A DNA stretch of 64,000 nucleotides from Bacteroidales bacterium (lineage in GTDB: Bacteria; Bacteroidota; Bacteroidia; Bacteroidales; UBA12077), in the NCBI GenBank assembly GCA_035269575.1, contig DATFIZ010000068.1, forward strand, positions 5,064-69,063, given 5' to 3'. The notes under the pieces are model-generated. The model did not search any database. It saw only the letters and a program-made list of their open reading frames with translations, and had not been told where the DNA came from. Every line of letters starts with the position of its first letter. Position 1 is the stretch's first letter. The position numbers were made by a program, and so were the translations under genes. Shown here piece after piece: positions 46,923-56,611 of this stretch.

Positions 46923-48020
46923 TTAAACATTAAACCGGATGTGAAGAATATCGCCATCTTCAACCACATAATTTTTCCCTTCTACATGAAATTTTCCGGC
47001 TTCTTTTACTTTTGCTTCAGAGCCTATGGTAACAAAATCTTCATATTTCATCACCTCGGCACGAATAAAACCACGCTCAAGATCGCTATGAATTGCACCT
47101 GCAGCCTGTGGGGCTTTCATTCCTTTTTTTATTGTCCACGCCCGAATTTCTTTAGGGCCAACCGTAAAGAAAGACATCAAATTTAAAAGCGAATAAGCAC
47201 TTCTAATCAGCTTATTTACTCCGGGTTCAGTTAATCCTGCATCACTTAAAAACTCATTCCGGTCATTTTCATTTTCCAGTTCAGCAATCTCTGCTTCTAA
47301 CTCTCCGGCGATAATTAATATTTGTGTATCCTGCCCTTCAAGTGCTTTTTTCACATGCTCTACATATTGATTACCGTCAATAGCTGACTCGTCATCAACA
47401 TTACAAACATAAATAATTGGTTTAGCAGTAAGTAAAAACAAGTCATCAACATATTTTTGGTTGGCATCGGAAATTGAGAAATCCCGGGCATTTTGCATCG
47501 ATTCCAGGTGACTTTTCAACTCCTGTAAAACAGCAATTCCCTGTTTGGCATCTTTATCGCCTGTTTTAATGAGCTTCTCGAATCGTTGTATTTTCTTATC
47601 GGTCGATTCTAAATCTTTTATCTGCAATTCAAAATCAATGGTTTCAATATCCCTTACCGGATCAACCGATCCATCTACATGTGGTAAATTTTCATCATCA
47701 AAACAACGAAGCACATGGATTAAGGCATCTGTATTTCTAATATCGGCCAGGAATTTATTTCCTACACCTTCTCCCTGGTTAGCTCCTTTTGTTAAGCCCG
47801 GAATATCAACAATATCAACCGTGGCAGGAATCATTTTTTCAGTAGGTTGCAATTTCTCAAGTTCCTGCAACCGTTTATCGGGGACATTAATAACACCAAT
47901 ATTCGATTTATTTGAGCTGAAAGCAAAATTCGTTGTTTCAACTTTTGAGCTCGACATGCAATTAAAAATCGTTGATTTCCCCACATTCGTTACACCAATA
48001 ATACCACACTGTAGTCCCAT
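46923..48020 (-). CDS. ychF: Redox-regulated ATPase YchF
   Basis: GIIGVTNVGKSTIFN, DIPGL, and a C-terminal TGS domain (RAWTIKKG..APQAAG.IHSD..RGFIRAEV). The start was moved to ATG 48020. Confidence 0.93.
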   Translation of the reverse strand: MGLQCGIIGVTNVGKSTIFNCMSSSKVETTNFAFSSNKSNIGVINVPDKRLQELEKLQPTEKMIPATVDIVDIPGLTKGANQGEGVGNKFLADIRNTDALIHVLRCFDDENLPHVDGSVDPVRDIETIDFELQIKDLESTDKKIQRFEKLIKTGDKDAKQGIAVLQELKSHLESMQNARDFSISDANQKYVDDLFLLTAKPIIYVCNVDDESAIDGNQYVEHVKKALEGQDTQILIIAGELEAEIAELENENDRNEFLSDAGLTEPGVNKLIRSAYSLLNLMSFFTVGPKEIRAWTIKKGMKAPQAAGAIHSDLERGFIRAEVMKYEDFVTIGSEAKVKEAGKFHVEGKNYVVEDGDILHIRFNV

Positions 48021-48229
48021 AATTTTCTCTTTAGATAGATGTTTCTGAAGGCTCAAAATTACACTTTTTCAGAATTTTAAAAAGGGATTTTAAATAAAAA
48101 AGCCAGCACGGCAACTTCTTTTATAGATATTGATAATAAATTGCATTCATTTTCCGTATATTCTAATGAAAAACTGTATTTTTACAGCTAAAATTTTAAC
48201 CGGATTTTTTACAATTAGAATTTAAAAAA

Positions 48230-49075
48230 ATGACAGATATTCAAAATCTAAAGAAGATAGCTACGCAGGTACGACGCGACATTGTACGAATGGTTCATGC
48301 TCAAAATTCAGGACATCCGGGTGGATCCTTAGGTTGCACTGATTTTATGACCGCATTATATTTTGAAATTATGGACCATAAACCCAATAATTTTGACATG
48401 GATGGAAAGAAAGAGGATATCTTCTTTTTATCCAACGGACACATCTCCCCTCTTTGGTATAGTGTTCTATCCCGTTCGGGATATTTTGAGTTATCAGAAT
48501 TATCAACTTTTAGAAAGATTAATTCAAGATTACAGGGGCACCCAACTACACACGATGATTTGCCCGGAATCAGAATAGCTTCAGGATCACTGGGACAGGG
48601 ACTTTCAGCTGCGGCAGGAGCAGCATTATCAAAAAAATTAAACAATGATCCTAAAACGGTGTTTTCTCTTCATGGTGACGGAGAACTGCAGGAAGGACAA
48701 ATTTGGGAAGCTGCAATGTTTGCTGCTCATCATAAAATTGACAATCTAATATCTACCATTGATTATAATGGTCAACAAATTGACGGTCCGGTTGACGAAA
48801 TCATGACCTTAGGAAATCTAAAAAACAAGTGGGAAAGCTTTGGCTGGAAAGTGTTAGAAATGAATGGCAACGATATGGATGAGGTGGTTAAAACTTTGAA
48901 TCATGCAAAAACACTAACCGGAAAAGGTCAGCCGATTATGATTTTAATGAAAACAGAAATGGGTATGGGAGTAGATTTTATGATGGGAAGCCATAAATGG
49001 CATGGTGTAGCACCCAATGATGAACAATTGCAAAGCGCGCTTAGTCAACTTGAAGAGACGTTTGGTGATTTTTAA
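48230..49075 (+). CDS. Transketolase, N-terminal (TPP-binding) subunit
   Basis: 281 aa with SGHPGGSLG, LSNGH, GSLGQGL and GDGELQEGQ. Confidence 0.92.
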   Translation: MTDIQNLKKIATQVRRDIVRMVHAQNSGHPGGSLGCTDFMTALYFEIMDHKPNNFDMDGKKEDIFFLSNGHISPLWYSVLSRSGYFELSELSTFRKINSRLQGHPTTHDDLPGIRIASGSLGQGLSAAAGAALSKKLNNDPKTVFSLHGDGELQEGQIWEAAMFAAHHKIDNLISTIDYNGQQIDGPVDEIMTLGNLKNKWESFGWKVLEMNGNDMDEVVKTLNHAKTLTGKGQPIMILMKTEMGMGVDFMMGSHKWHGVAPNDEQLQSALSQLEETFGDF

Positions 49076-49105
49076 CAGATTAAATGAACATAAAAATCTA
49101 ATATT

Positions 49106-49507
49106 ATGGAAAATATAGTAATTATTGCACATGATGTAAAAAAACCAGAGATGGTTCGGTTTCTTAATGAGCGAAAAGATTGGATTTTTGGAGTTAATCT
49201 GATTGCTACCGGCAGAACAGCTGAGTTTGTAGAATCGCAAGGAATTAAAGTGAAACACCTAAGTCCCGGAAAATCTGGAGGTTATAACGAAATAACCGAA
49301 ATGATTAAAAGAAAAGAGGTAGATATTGTTATTTTCTTAAGAGATCCACTCGTAAAACAATCGCATCACGAAGATATTCAAGGACTTTTGGAGGCTTGTA
49401 ATATGTATAATATTCCATTAGCAACAAATTACGCAACTGCCGAGTTAGTTATTTTGGGGCACATAAAAAAAGAAGATTACGAACGAAGAAAATCAATGGA
49501 TCAGTAG
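49106..49507 (+). CDS. MGS-like domain protein (methylglyoxal synthase homolog with divergent active-site motifs)
   Basis: 133 aa and collinear with MgsA: IIAHDVKK, IATGRTA, VIFLRDPL, HHED and NIPLATN. The canonical GGDQQ motif reads GGYNE. Confidence 0.8.
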   Translation: MENIVIIAHDVKKPEMVRFLNERKDWIFGVNLIATGRTAEFVESQGIKVKHLSPGKSGGYNEITEMIKRKEVDIVIFLRDPLVKQSHHEDIQGLLEACNMYNIPLATNYATAELVILGHIKKEDYERRKSMDQ

Positions 49508-49541
49508 TTTCCTTATTCTTATAGCAACAAGAACTTAACGT

Positions 49542-50912
49542 TTGAAAAAAACACTCACATATATACTGTTATTTTTTACCCTTCATGTTGGAGCTCAACA
49601 AAAACAAAAAACAGAGCCTCCAACTACCCGTATATTATTTATTTTCGATGCTTCGCAAAGTATGTATGGAACATGGGGTAAAAATAAAAAGATTTCTATT
49701 GCCCGAAAATACTTAATTCAACTTATTGATAGCCTGGAGAATACCGACAACTTACAAATGGCTTTACGCGTATACGGACATCAAAGCCCTGTACCTCCTC
49801 AGGATTGTAGTGATACAAAGTTAGAGATTCCTTTTTCAAACGGTAATGCTTCAAAAATAAGACAAAAACTACGTTATATAATACCAAAAGGGACTACACC
49901 TATAGCTCATTCATTGGAACTTGCAGCCAATGATTTTCCCCCTTGTGAAAATTGCAGAAATATAATAATCCTTATCACTGATGGTATTGAAGCTTGTGAT
50001 GGGGATCCCTGTCAGGCATCCCTCGATTTACAAAAAAAAGGAATCGCCCTTAAGCCCTTTGTGATTGGTATTGGTATCGATCCTAACTTTGGAGATACAT
50101 TCAATTGTGTTGGTGATTTCTATAATACCACTACAGAAGAAAGATTTGAAAAAGCTCTTAATGTTGTTATTTCCAGGGCGCTAAATTCCACCACCGCACA
50201 GGTAAATCTGCTGGATTCATACGGTAATCCCACAGAGACAAATGTTAACCTGTCTTTTTTTAATCATGTTTCGGGTAATATAAAATACAACTTTATCCAT
50301 ACAATAAATTATATGGGAAATCCGGACACCTTAATTATTGATCCGTTGATAACTTATGATTTAGTGGTAAATACTCTCCCTCCGATAAGAAAAGACAGCA
50401 TTAAACTTTCTGAGGGAAAGCATAATATGATAGGATTATATGCGCCCCAGGGTTATTTAAACATTTCATGTCCCGGCTCTAATCAGTATAGAGATCTTGA
50501 AATCATTGTTCGTAAAGATGATGACCCACAAATACTAAATGTGCATAGAAATGAACAAACCGAAAAATACCTAACCGGAGAATATGATTTGGATATCTTA
50601 ACGATCCCACGAATAAAATTAGAAAACATAAAAATTGAGCAAAGCAAAACAACAAAAATAGCAATTCCCAAACCGGGAATTGCCAATTTATCCTTCCCCT
50701 CGCCCGGATTTGGAAGTTTATATAAAGAAACCTCTGATACACTGGAATGGGTTCATAACCTGAATGTAAATTTGTTACATCAAAATTTAATCTTACAACC
50801 AGGAAGTTATAGGATAATCTTTAGACCTAAAAACTCAAAACAAGTAATGAGTACGGTGATCAAGAAATTCAATATAAAACCAGGTTTATCAAATTCAATT
50901 ACAGTATATTAA
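49542..50912 (+). CDS. Secreted von Willebrand factor A (VWA) domain protein with uncharacterised C-terminal beta-rich region
   Basis: TTG start with a signal peptide (MKKTLTYILLFFTLHVGAQQ). Intact MIDAS: DASQSM, GTTPIA and ITDGIE. Confidence 0.8.
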   Translation: MKKTLTYILLFFTLHVGAQQKQKTEPPTTRILFIFDASQSMYGTWGKNKKISIARKYLIQLIDSLENTDNLQMALRVYGHQSPVPPQDCSDTKLEIPFSNGNASKIRQKLRYIIPKGTTPIAHSLELAANDFPPCENCRNIIILITDGIEACDGDPCQASLDLQKKGIALKPFVIGIGIDPNFGDTFNCVGDFYNTTTEERFEKALNVVISRALNSTTAQVNLLDSYGNPTETNVNLSFFNHVSGNIKYNFIHTINYMGNPDTLIIDPLITYDLVVNTLPPIRKDSIKLSEGKHNMIGLYAPQGYLNISCPGSNQYRDLEIIVRKDDDPQILNVHRNEQTEKYLTGEYDLDILTIPRIKLENIKIEQSKTTKIAIPKPGIANLSFPSPGFGSLYKETSDTLEWVHNLNVNLLHQNLILQPGSYRIIFRPKNSKQVMSTVIKKFNIKPGLSNSITVY

Positions 50913-50925
50913 TTTATAAATAACA

Positions 50926-51879
50926 ATGAAAAAATTCGAATACACCGAAAAAAAAGATACACGCTCAGGATTTGGAGCAGGACTATATGAATTAGGGAAA
51001 CAAAATAAAAATGTTGTTGCTTTATGCGCTGATCTTACGGGCTCCTTAAAAATGAATCAATTTGCAGAAGAATTCCCCGAAAGATTTTTTCAGTGTGGTA
51101 TTGCAGAGGCAAATATGATGGGCGTTGCTGCAGGACTTACCATTGGCAAAAAAATTCCTTTTGTCGGGACATTTGCTAATTTTGCTACCGGAAGAGTTTA
51201 CGATCAGGTTAGACAATCAATTGCCTACTCCGGGAAAAATGTAAAAATATGTGCCTCACATGCCGGAATAACACTGGGCGAAGATGGAGCTACTCATCAA
51301 ATAATGGAAGATATTGGTTTGATGAAAATGCTACCGGGAATGACCGTTATTAATCCGTGCGACTTTAACCAAACCAAAGCAGCCACAAAGGCCATTGCAG
51401 AACTCGAAGGTCCCGTATACCTCCGCTTTGGCCGCCCTAAAGTTCCCAATTTTACGCCCGCAGATCAAACCTTTGAAATCGGTAAAGCCCTTTTATTAAA
51501 CGAAGGAACAGATGTTACCATTTTTGCTACCGGTCATTTGGTTTGGGAGTCAATTGAGGCAGCGCGGGAATTAGAGCAAAAAGGAATCTCTTCTGAAATA
51601 ATTAATATTCATACCATTAAACCTCTCGATGTGGAGGCCGTCTTAGAATCTGTTTCAAAAACAAAAGCTGTTGTTACAGCAGAAGAACATTTAGTAAATG
51701 GAGGATTAGGAGATTCAATTGCACAATTACTGGGTAGAAAAATGCCTACACCTATAGAAATGGTTGCTGTTGACGATCAATTTGGGGAAAGCGGAAAACC
51801 CGAAGAATTATTAAAAAAATACGGCATCGATTCTTTTAATATTATAAAAGCAGTTGAAACAGTTTTAAAAAGAAAATAA
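50926..51879 (+). CDS. Transketolase, C-terminal (pyrimidine-binding + C-terminal domain) subunit
   Basis: 317 aa with FFQCGIAEANMMG and GEDGATHQ. Confidence 0.92.
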   Translation: MKKFEYTEKKDTRSGFGAGLYELGKQNKNVVALCADLTGSLKMNQFAEEFPERFFQCGIAEANMMGVAAGLTIGKKIPFVGTFANFATGRVYDQVRQSIAYSGKNVKICASHAGITLGEDGATHQIMEDIGLMKMLPGMTVINPCDFNQTKAATKAIAELEGPVYLRFGRPKVPNFTPADQTFEIGKALLLNEGTDVTIFATGHLVWESIEAARELEQKGISSEIINIHTIKPLDVEAVLESVSKTKAVVTAEEHLVNGGLGDSIAQLLGRKMPTPIEMVAVDDQFGESGKPEELLKKYGIDSFNIIKAVETVLKRK

Positions 51880-51913
51880 TTTAATTTAAAATTGCATTTT
51901 CTTAATCCGGTAT

Positions 51914-52462
51914 ATGTCTGATTATAGTGATAAAGAGTTATTAACTCTTTTTAAAAATAAAGAAAAAAGGAATTATGCTTTTAACCTGATTGTTCGAAAG
52001 TATCAGGAAAAGCTCTATTGGCATATCCGTAAAATTGTAATCAGCCATGATGATGCAGATGATATTTTACAAAATACATTTATCAAAATCTGGAAAGGGC
52101 TAGATGGGTTTAGAGAAGATTCAAAATTATATACCTGGTTATATCGTATTGCAACAAACGAATCGTTAACGTTTTTAAAACAAAAGAAAACCAAATATTT
52201 ATTACCAATTGTTGATTACGAAAACCAGCTAAAAGAGACCTTACAGAGCGATGAGCATTTTAATGGAACAGAAATACAACTAAAATTGCACAAAGCAATC
52301 TTAAAGTTACCGGAAAAACAACGGGTAGTATTTAACATGAAATATTTTGAAGAGATGAAGTACGATGATATGGCTGAAATTCTAAAAACATCAGTAGGTG
52401 CATTAAAAGCTTCCTATCATCATGCCGTTAAGAAGATTGAAAATTATTTTAAAGAAGATTAA
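51914..52462 (+). CDS. RNA polymerase ECF-type sigma-70 family factor
   Basis: 182 aa. Region 2 is DADDILQNTFIKIW...LYTWLYRIATNE. Region 4 is LPEKQRVVFNMKYFEEMKYDDMAEIL. Confidence 0.88.
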   Translation: MSDYSDKELLTLFKNKEKRNYAFNLIVRKYQEKLYWHIRKIVISHDDADDILQNTFIKIWKGLDGFREDSKLYTWLYRIATNESLTFLKQKKTKYLLPIVDYENQLKETLQSDEHFNGTEIQLKLHKAILKLPEKQRVVFNMKYFEEMKYDDMAEILKTSVGALKASYHHAVKKIENYFKED

Positions 52463-52519
52463 ACTTTTGTATCTTATAAGTGTCAAAAAAACAAGGGAGT
52501 AAATTGGGGGAGTCTAAAA

Positions 52520-52969
52520 ATGAAAAAAGAATCAAATATAAAATTGAAAAATTTAAAGATAGAAAATAAGAATCCATTTTCTGTCCCTGAAGGATATTTT
52601 GAGAATTTTCCTTCAAGGATACAGGAAAAAATTGTCTCAGAAACCAGGGAAACCAATAGAATCAAACAGCTTTTTCATGTTATAAAGCCTCAATTGGCAT
52701 TAGGTTTTATGATTGTAGGATTTGCACTTATAGCCATAACTGCTATTGACACCATTATGTCAAACCGGGTTAAATCATCGGTTTCTAACGAAGTATACAC
52801 TCGTATTATTGAAGTGGATGCTTCCGAATATTCTGAGCAACAATTTATTGATATTCTACTTGAAGAAGAGAAAAAATCCAATGAACAGCAAAAGGAAGAA
52901 ACTGACGAATATATCCACTACCTTATGGATGAAGGTATTGATTATGGAACATTAATTGACGAATTATAA
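52520..52969 (+). CDS. Single-pass membrane protein, possible anti-sigma factor partner
   Basis: 149 aa. N-terminal NPFSVPEGYFENFPSRI, one TM (LALGFMIVGFALIAITAI), and an acidic C-terminal part. The call is by position after the ECF sigma only. Confidence 0.5.
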   Translation: MKKESNIKLKNLKIENKNPFSVPEGYFENFPSRIQEKIVSETRETNRIKQLFHVIKPQLALGFMIVGFALIAITAIDTIMSNRVKSSVSNEVYTRIIEVDASEYSEQQFIDILLEEEKKSNEQQKEETDEYIHYLMDEGIDYGTLIDEL

Positions 52970-52981
52970 AAAACAAACAAA

Positions 52982-53440
52982 ATGAAACGATATATTCCTT
53001 TTATACTAGTTCTGTCATTTGTATTCTCCGGATTACATTCAAATGCACAAGAGACAGATAAAGAAAGCAAAGAGCAACAAATAAAATCACAAAAGATTGC
53101 TTTCTTTACCGATAAAATTGGGTTAACACCCGAAGAAGCTGAAAAATTCTGGCCTATTTACAATAGTTATTGGAAAAGGAAAAATATGATCACTGCAGAA
53201 CGTAAGGAAAAGATGACATATTTTGCAGAAAATAGCGAAAATATGTCTGAAAATGAGATGTTCCAATATGCCAATAAATATATCTATTACGAAATGCAAT
53301 TGGCCGAATTGTTAAATGAGTATCATGAAAAGTTCAAAGAAATTTTACCCATAAAGAAAGTAATGAAAATTTATTTGGCTGATTATGAATTTAAGACTTA
53401 TCTATTAAAGAAAATACGTGGAAGTAATAAAGATGAATAA
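52982..53440 (+). CDS. Periplasmic helical protein (Spy/CpxP-like or sensor of ECF sigma type)
   Basis: 152 aa with a signal peptide, LTPEEAEKFWPIY, and high helical K/E content. It is the third gene of the sigma module. Confidence 0.5.
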   Translation: MKRYIPFILVLSFVFSGLHSNAQETDKESKEQQIKSQKIAFFTDKIGLTPEEAEKFWPIYNSYWKRKNMITAERKEKMTYFAENSENMSENEMFQYANKYIYYEMQLAELLNEYHEKFKEILPIKKVMKIYLADYEFKTYLLKKIRGSNKDE

Positions 53441-53474
53441 TTAAATTTTTGTTTTTTTCTCATAATCATAAGGT

Positions 53475-53507
53475 ATGCCCCGGTTGTTGTCAATCGGGGC
53501 ATTTTTT
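53475..53507 (+). terminator. Rho-independent terminator ending the ECF sigma module
   Basis: 8-bp GC-rich stem ATGCCCCG (53475-53482) / CGGGGCAT (53495-53502) with a 12-nt loop, followed by TTTTT. Confidence 0.75.
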
Positions 53508-53521
53508 ATATAAAATTATTT

Positions 53522-55021
53522 TTAAGGAAGTTCTAATTCAACATCTTTAAGATAATCTACAGAACGGGCAATATCATCATACATGATTTTATCCTGATCG
53601 ATAAACGCTACTTTTTTACGATAATCAGCAACAAATTTCTCTATAAATGGCGATGATTTTGCCGGACGTTGAAATTCTAAAGCCTGTGCAGCACTAAACA
53701 ACTCAATAGCCAATATACGTTCTAAATTATGAGCAACCTTGTATGCTTTGGTTGCGGCATTAGCTCCCATGCTTACATGATCTTCCTGTCCTTGTGAAGA
53801 TTCAATGGTATCAACTGAAGCAGGGGTTGATAATTGTTTATTACAACTTACCATGGATGCCGCTGTATATTGAGGAATCATAAATCCACTGTTTAATCCC
53901 GGATTTGCTACCAAAAAAGAAGGAAGGCCCCTTTTACCTGCCAATAACTGATAGGTTCTTCGTTCGGAAATGCTTCCTAGCTCGGCCATTGCAATAGATA
54001 AATTATCTAGCGCCAAAGCTAAAGGTTGTCCATGAAAATTCCCGGCAGAAATAATCAAATCTTCATCCGGGAAAATGGTTGGATTATCAGTTACGGCATT
54101 CATCTCATGGCTAAAAACGCCGGTAACATAATCAATGGAATCTTTTGATGCTCCATGCACCTGAGGAATACATCTAAAAGAATAGGGATCCTGTACATGA
54201 ACCTTTGGACGTTTAATTAATTCACTTCCTTCCAATAAAAATCGTATTGTGCCTGCTGTTTTTATTTGGCCAGCATGATGTCTAACCTGATGAACAGAAT
54301 CATGGAATGGCTCAATCCGTCCATCGAAAGCATCCAGCGAAATAGCTCCAATTACATCAGCTAATTGCGAAAGTTTTCTAACTTTTAGAACCAGATAAAC
54401 GCCAAAAGCAGTCATAAACTGGGTTCCATTTAGAAGGGCTAATCCTTCTTTCGATTTCAGATGAATGGAACTCCAATTCATTTTTTTCAATAACTCCGAA
54501 CCGGAAATCCTTTCTCCTTTATAGGTAACCTCACCCATTCCTAACATTGGCAAACACAAATGAGCCAGGGGTGCTAAATCTCCCGATGCACCTAATGAAC
54601 CATATTGATAAACAACCGGTAAAATATCATGATTAAAAAAATCTATTAGTCTCTCAATGGTTTCTAACTGAATGCCCGAATGGCCATAAGAAAGCGACTG
54701 GATTTTTAATAAAATCATTAATTTAACAATTTCAGAAGAAACCTCATCGCCGGTGCCACAGGCATGAGACATAACCAAATTCTTTTGTAAATTGCCTAAA
54801 TCTTCTTTGGATATTCGTTTGTTATATAAAGCCCCAAAACCTGTATTAATACCGTAAATTGGCTCATTTTGTGTTTCCATTTTCTGATCCAAATAATTGC
54901 GGCACTTATGAATTTGACGCTTTGATTGATCGGACAAAGCCAGCTTATATCCTTTCTCAATTATTTGTTGTATTGTGTTAAAGGTTAATGTATCGTCAGA
55001 AATATAATGTATTTTTTTCAT
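53522..55021 (-). CDS. hutH: Histidine ammonia-lyase (MIO-dependent aromatic amino acid lyase)
   Basis: MIO triad in GSLGASGDLAPLAH. The S-H selectivity pair (VMSHACG) is of the HAL type. The start was moved to ATG 55021 (MKKIHYISDD); the upstream 40 codons look like a spurious extension. Confidence 0.9.
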   Translation of the reverse strand: MKKIHYISDDTLTFNTIQQIIEKGYKLALSDQSKRQIHKCRNYLDQKMETQNEPIYGINTGFGALYNKRISKEDLGNLQKNLVMSHACGTGDEVSSEIVKLMILLKIQSLSYGHSGIQLETIERLIDFFNHDILPVVYQYGSLGASGDLAPLAHLCLPMLGMGEVTYKGERISGSELLKKMNWSSIHLKSKEGLALLNGTQFMTAFGVYLVLKVRKLSQLADVIGAISLDAFDGRIEPFHDSVHQVRHHAGQIKTAGTIRFLLEGSELIKRPKVHVQDPYSFRCIPQVHGASKDSIDYVTGVFSHEMNAVTDNPTIFPDEDLIISAGNFHGQPLALALDNLSIAMAELGSISERRTYQLLAGKRGLPSFLVANPGLNSGFMIPQYTAASMVSCNKQLSTPASVDTIESSQGQEDHVSMGANAATKAYKVAHNLERILAIELFSAAQALEFQRPAKSSPFIEKFVADYRKKVAFIDQDKIMYDDIARSVDYLKDVELELP

Positions 55022-55163
55022 GCTAAAAATTAAATTTGTGTGAATAAATAAATATATAAATAAGCTATGAAATATTATATTCATGGAAAACGAATATCTT
55101 TTCCCGACACAATAACAGGTCTTTTCCCTCCTGACATACAAATATTTTGAATTATTTTATGTA

Positions 55164-56534
55164 TCATTTACGCTGTAATAATTGCAATAACTTATCGAAT
55201 GACATCGCAGTTTGTTCGCCGCTAATCATATTTTTAACCGATAAAATATCTTTTTTCATTTCATTTTCACCCACCAATATCACGTAAGGAATATTTTTAT
55301 TATTGGCATAGGTCATTTGCTTTTTCATCTTAGCAGAATCGGGAAAAATTTCAGCATTTATTCCCTTATCACGTAATTTCTGAAGTAATGGCAAACAATA
55401 TTGCTCTTCCTTTTCTCCAAAATTAACAAACATCACTTTTGTTGAAGATACAATTTCTTCAGGGAAAATTTGTAATTGCTCCATTACATCGTAAATGCGG
55501 TCGGCACCAAATGACACTCCCACCCCGGATACATCTTTTAATCCAAAAACACCGGTTAAATCGTCGTAGCGACCACCACCACAAATACTACCTATCTTTA
55601 CATCCTGTGCTTTAACTTCTATAATAGCTCCGGTATAATAATTTAATCCGCGGGCTAGTGTTAAATCCAACTCTATATCCGTTTTTATGGTAAGTGTTTC
55701 AATGTAGCTTAGCACTTTTTTAATTTCTTCTGTTCCTTTTAATCCAATCGCTGATTCTTTTAACATTGATTGAAGAAAATCAATTTTTTGTTGATTGTCT
55801 TTATCAAAAACATTTGTTATCTCAAAAATCTTTTCAATTTGTTTTTCAGAAAAACCAATATCAGAAAGCTCTTTTTCAACTCCACTTCTACCTATTTTAT
55901 CTATTTTATCCAAGGCAACCGTAAAAGCTGTGAATTTATCTTCAGCATCTATAGTTTCAGCAATACCTAATAAAATTTTACGATTATTAAGCTTTATAAC
56001 CGAATTAATATTTAATGTTTGAAAAACATTATCAATAATTTGAATTAGCTCAGCTTCATTCAATAATGAGTTACTTCCAATAACATCCACATCGCACTGG
56101 TAAAATTCACGGTAACGTCCTTTTTGCGGCCTGTCGGCACGCCAAACAGGTTGTATTTGGTATCGTTTAAAGGGAAACGTTATATCATTTAAATGTTGTA
56201 CCACAAAACGGGCAAAAGGTACGGTTAAATCATACCGCAATCCTTTTTCGCAAATATCCAGTGCCAATTTATTTAATTCAGGATTGACTAAATCAGATTT
56301 GACCTTTTTAAGGAAATTGCCCGAGTTTAAGATTTTAAAGAGTAGTTTATCTCCTTCATCTCCATATTTACCCAATAAGCTCGATAAATTCTCCATAGCA
56401 GGAGTTTCTATGGGCAAATATCCGAACTGTTTAAATACCGTTTTTATCGTGTCGAAAATAAAATTACGTTTAACCATTTCAACAGGTGAAAAATCGCGTG
56501 TGCCTTTTGGTATTGAGGGTTTTTGTACAGCCAT
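55164..56534 (-). CDS. hisS: Histidine--tRNA ligase
   Basis: PKGTRDF; class II motifs ([40 protein letters not shown]); C-terminal anticodon-binding domain. Confidence 0.93.
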   Translation of the reverse strand: MAVQKPSIPKGTRDFSPVEMVKRNFIFDTIKTVFKQFGYLPIETPAMENLSSLLGKYGDEGDKLLFKILNSGNFLKKVKSDLVNPELNKLALDICEKGLRYDLTVPFARFVVQHLNDITFPFKRYQIQPVWRADRPQKGRYREFYQCDVDVIGSNSLLNEAELIQIIDNVFQTLNINSVIKLNNRKILLGIAETIDAEDKFTAFTVALDKIDKIGRSGVEKELSDIGFSEKQIEKIFEITNVFDKDNQQKIDFLQSMLKESAIGLKGTEEIKKVLSYIETLTIKTDIELDLTLARGLNYYTGAIIEVKAQDVKIGSICGGGRYDDLTGVFGLKDVSGVGVSFGADRIYDVMEQLQIFPEEIVSSTKVMFVNFGEKEEQYCLPLLQKLRDKGINAEIFPDSAKMKKQMTYANNKNIPYVILVGENEMKKDILSVKNMISGEQTAMSFDKLLQLLQRK

Positions 56535-56611
56535 ATATTTATACTATTTTTTATAATTGCAAATATAGAATAAAAATAAAGGGTTATAAAATGAAACAAT
56601 GGAAACAATTG

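Noticed and set aside
49542-50912. The VWA gene as part of a BatA-E aerotolerance or MoxR-VWA system
   Set aside because: No AAA+ MoxR, DUF58, TPR BatC/BatE or second VWA gene is adjacent. The neighbours are transketolase subunits.
53522-55021. The ammonia-lyase as a tyrosine ammonia-lyase of a flexirubin pigment cluster
   Set aside because: The selectivity position reads Ser-His (VMSHACG), as in histidine ammonia-lyases rather than the His-Leu of TALs. No flexirubin or polyketide genes flank it.
55022-55141. N-terminal extensions in the ORF track. Examples are hutH from 55141, murI from 7342, ychF from 48056, dsbD-like from 34007, ssb from 37383, manA from 18056 and nhaP from 41972.
   Set aside because: The extended residues are not homologous to the families and often begin at TTG. 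Internal ATGs restore canonical N-termini or signal peptides. For murI the upstream ATG lies inside a terminator hairpin.
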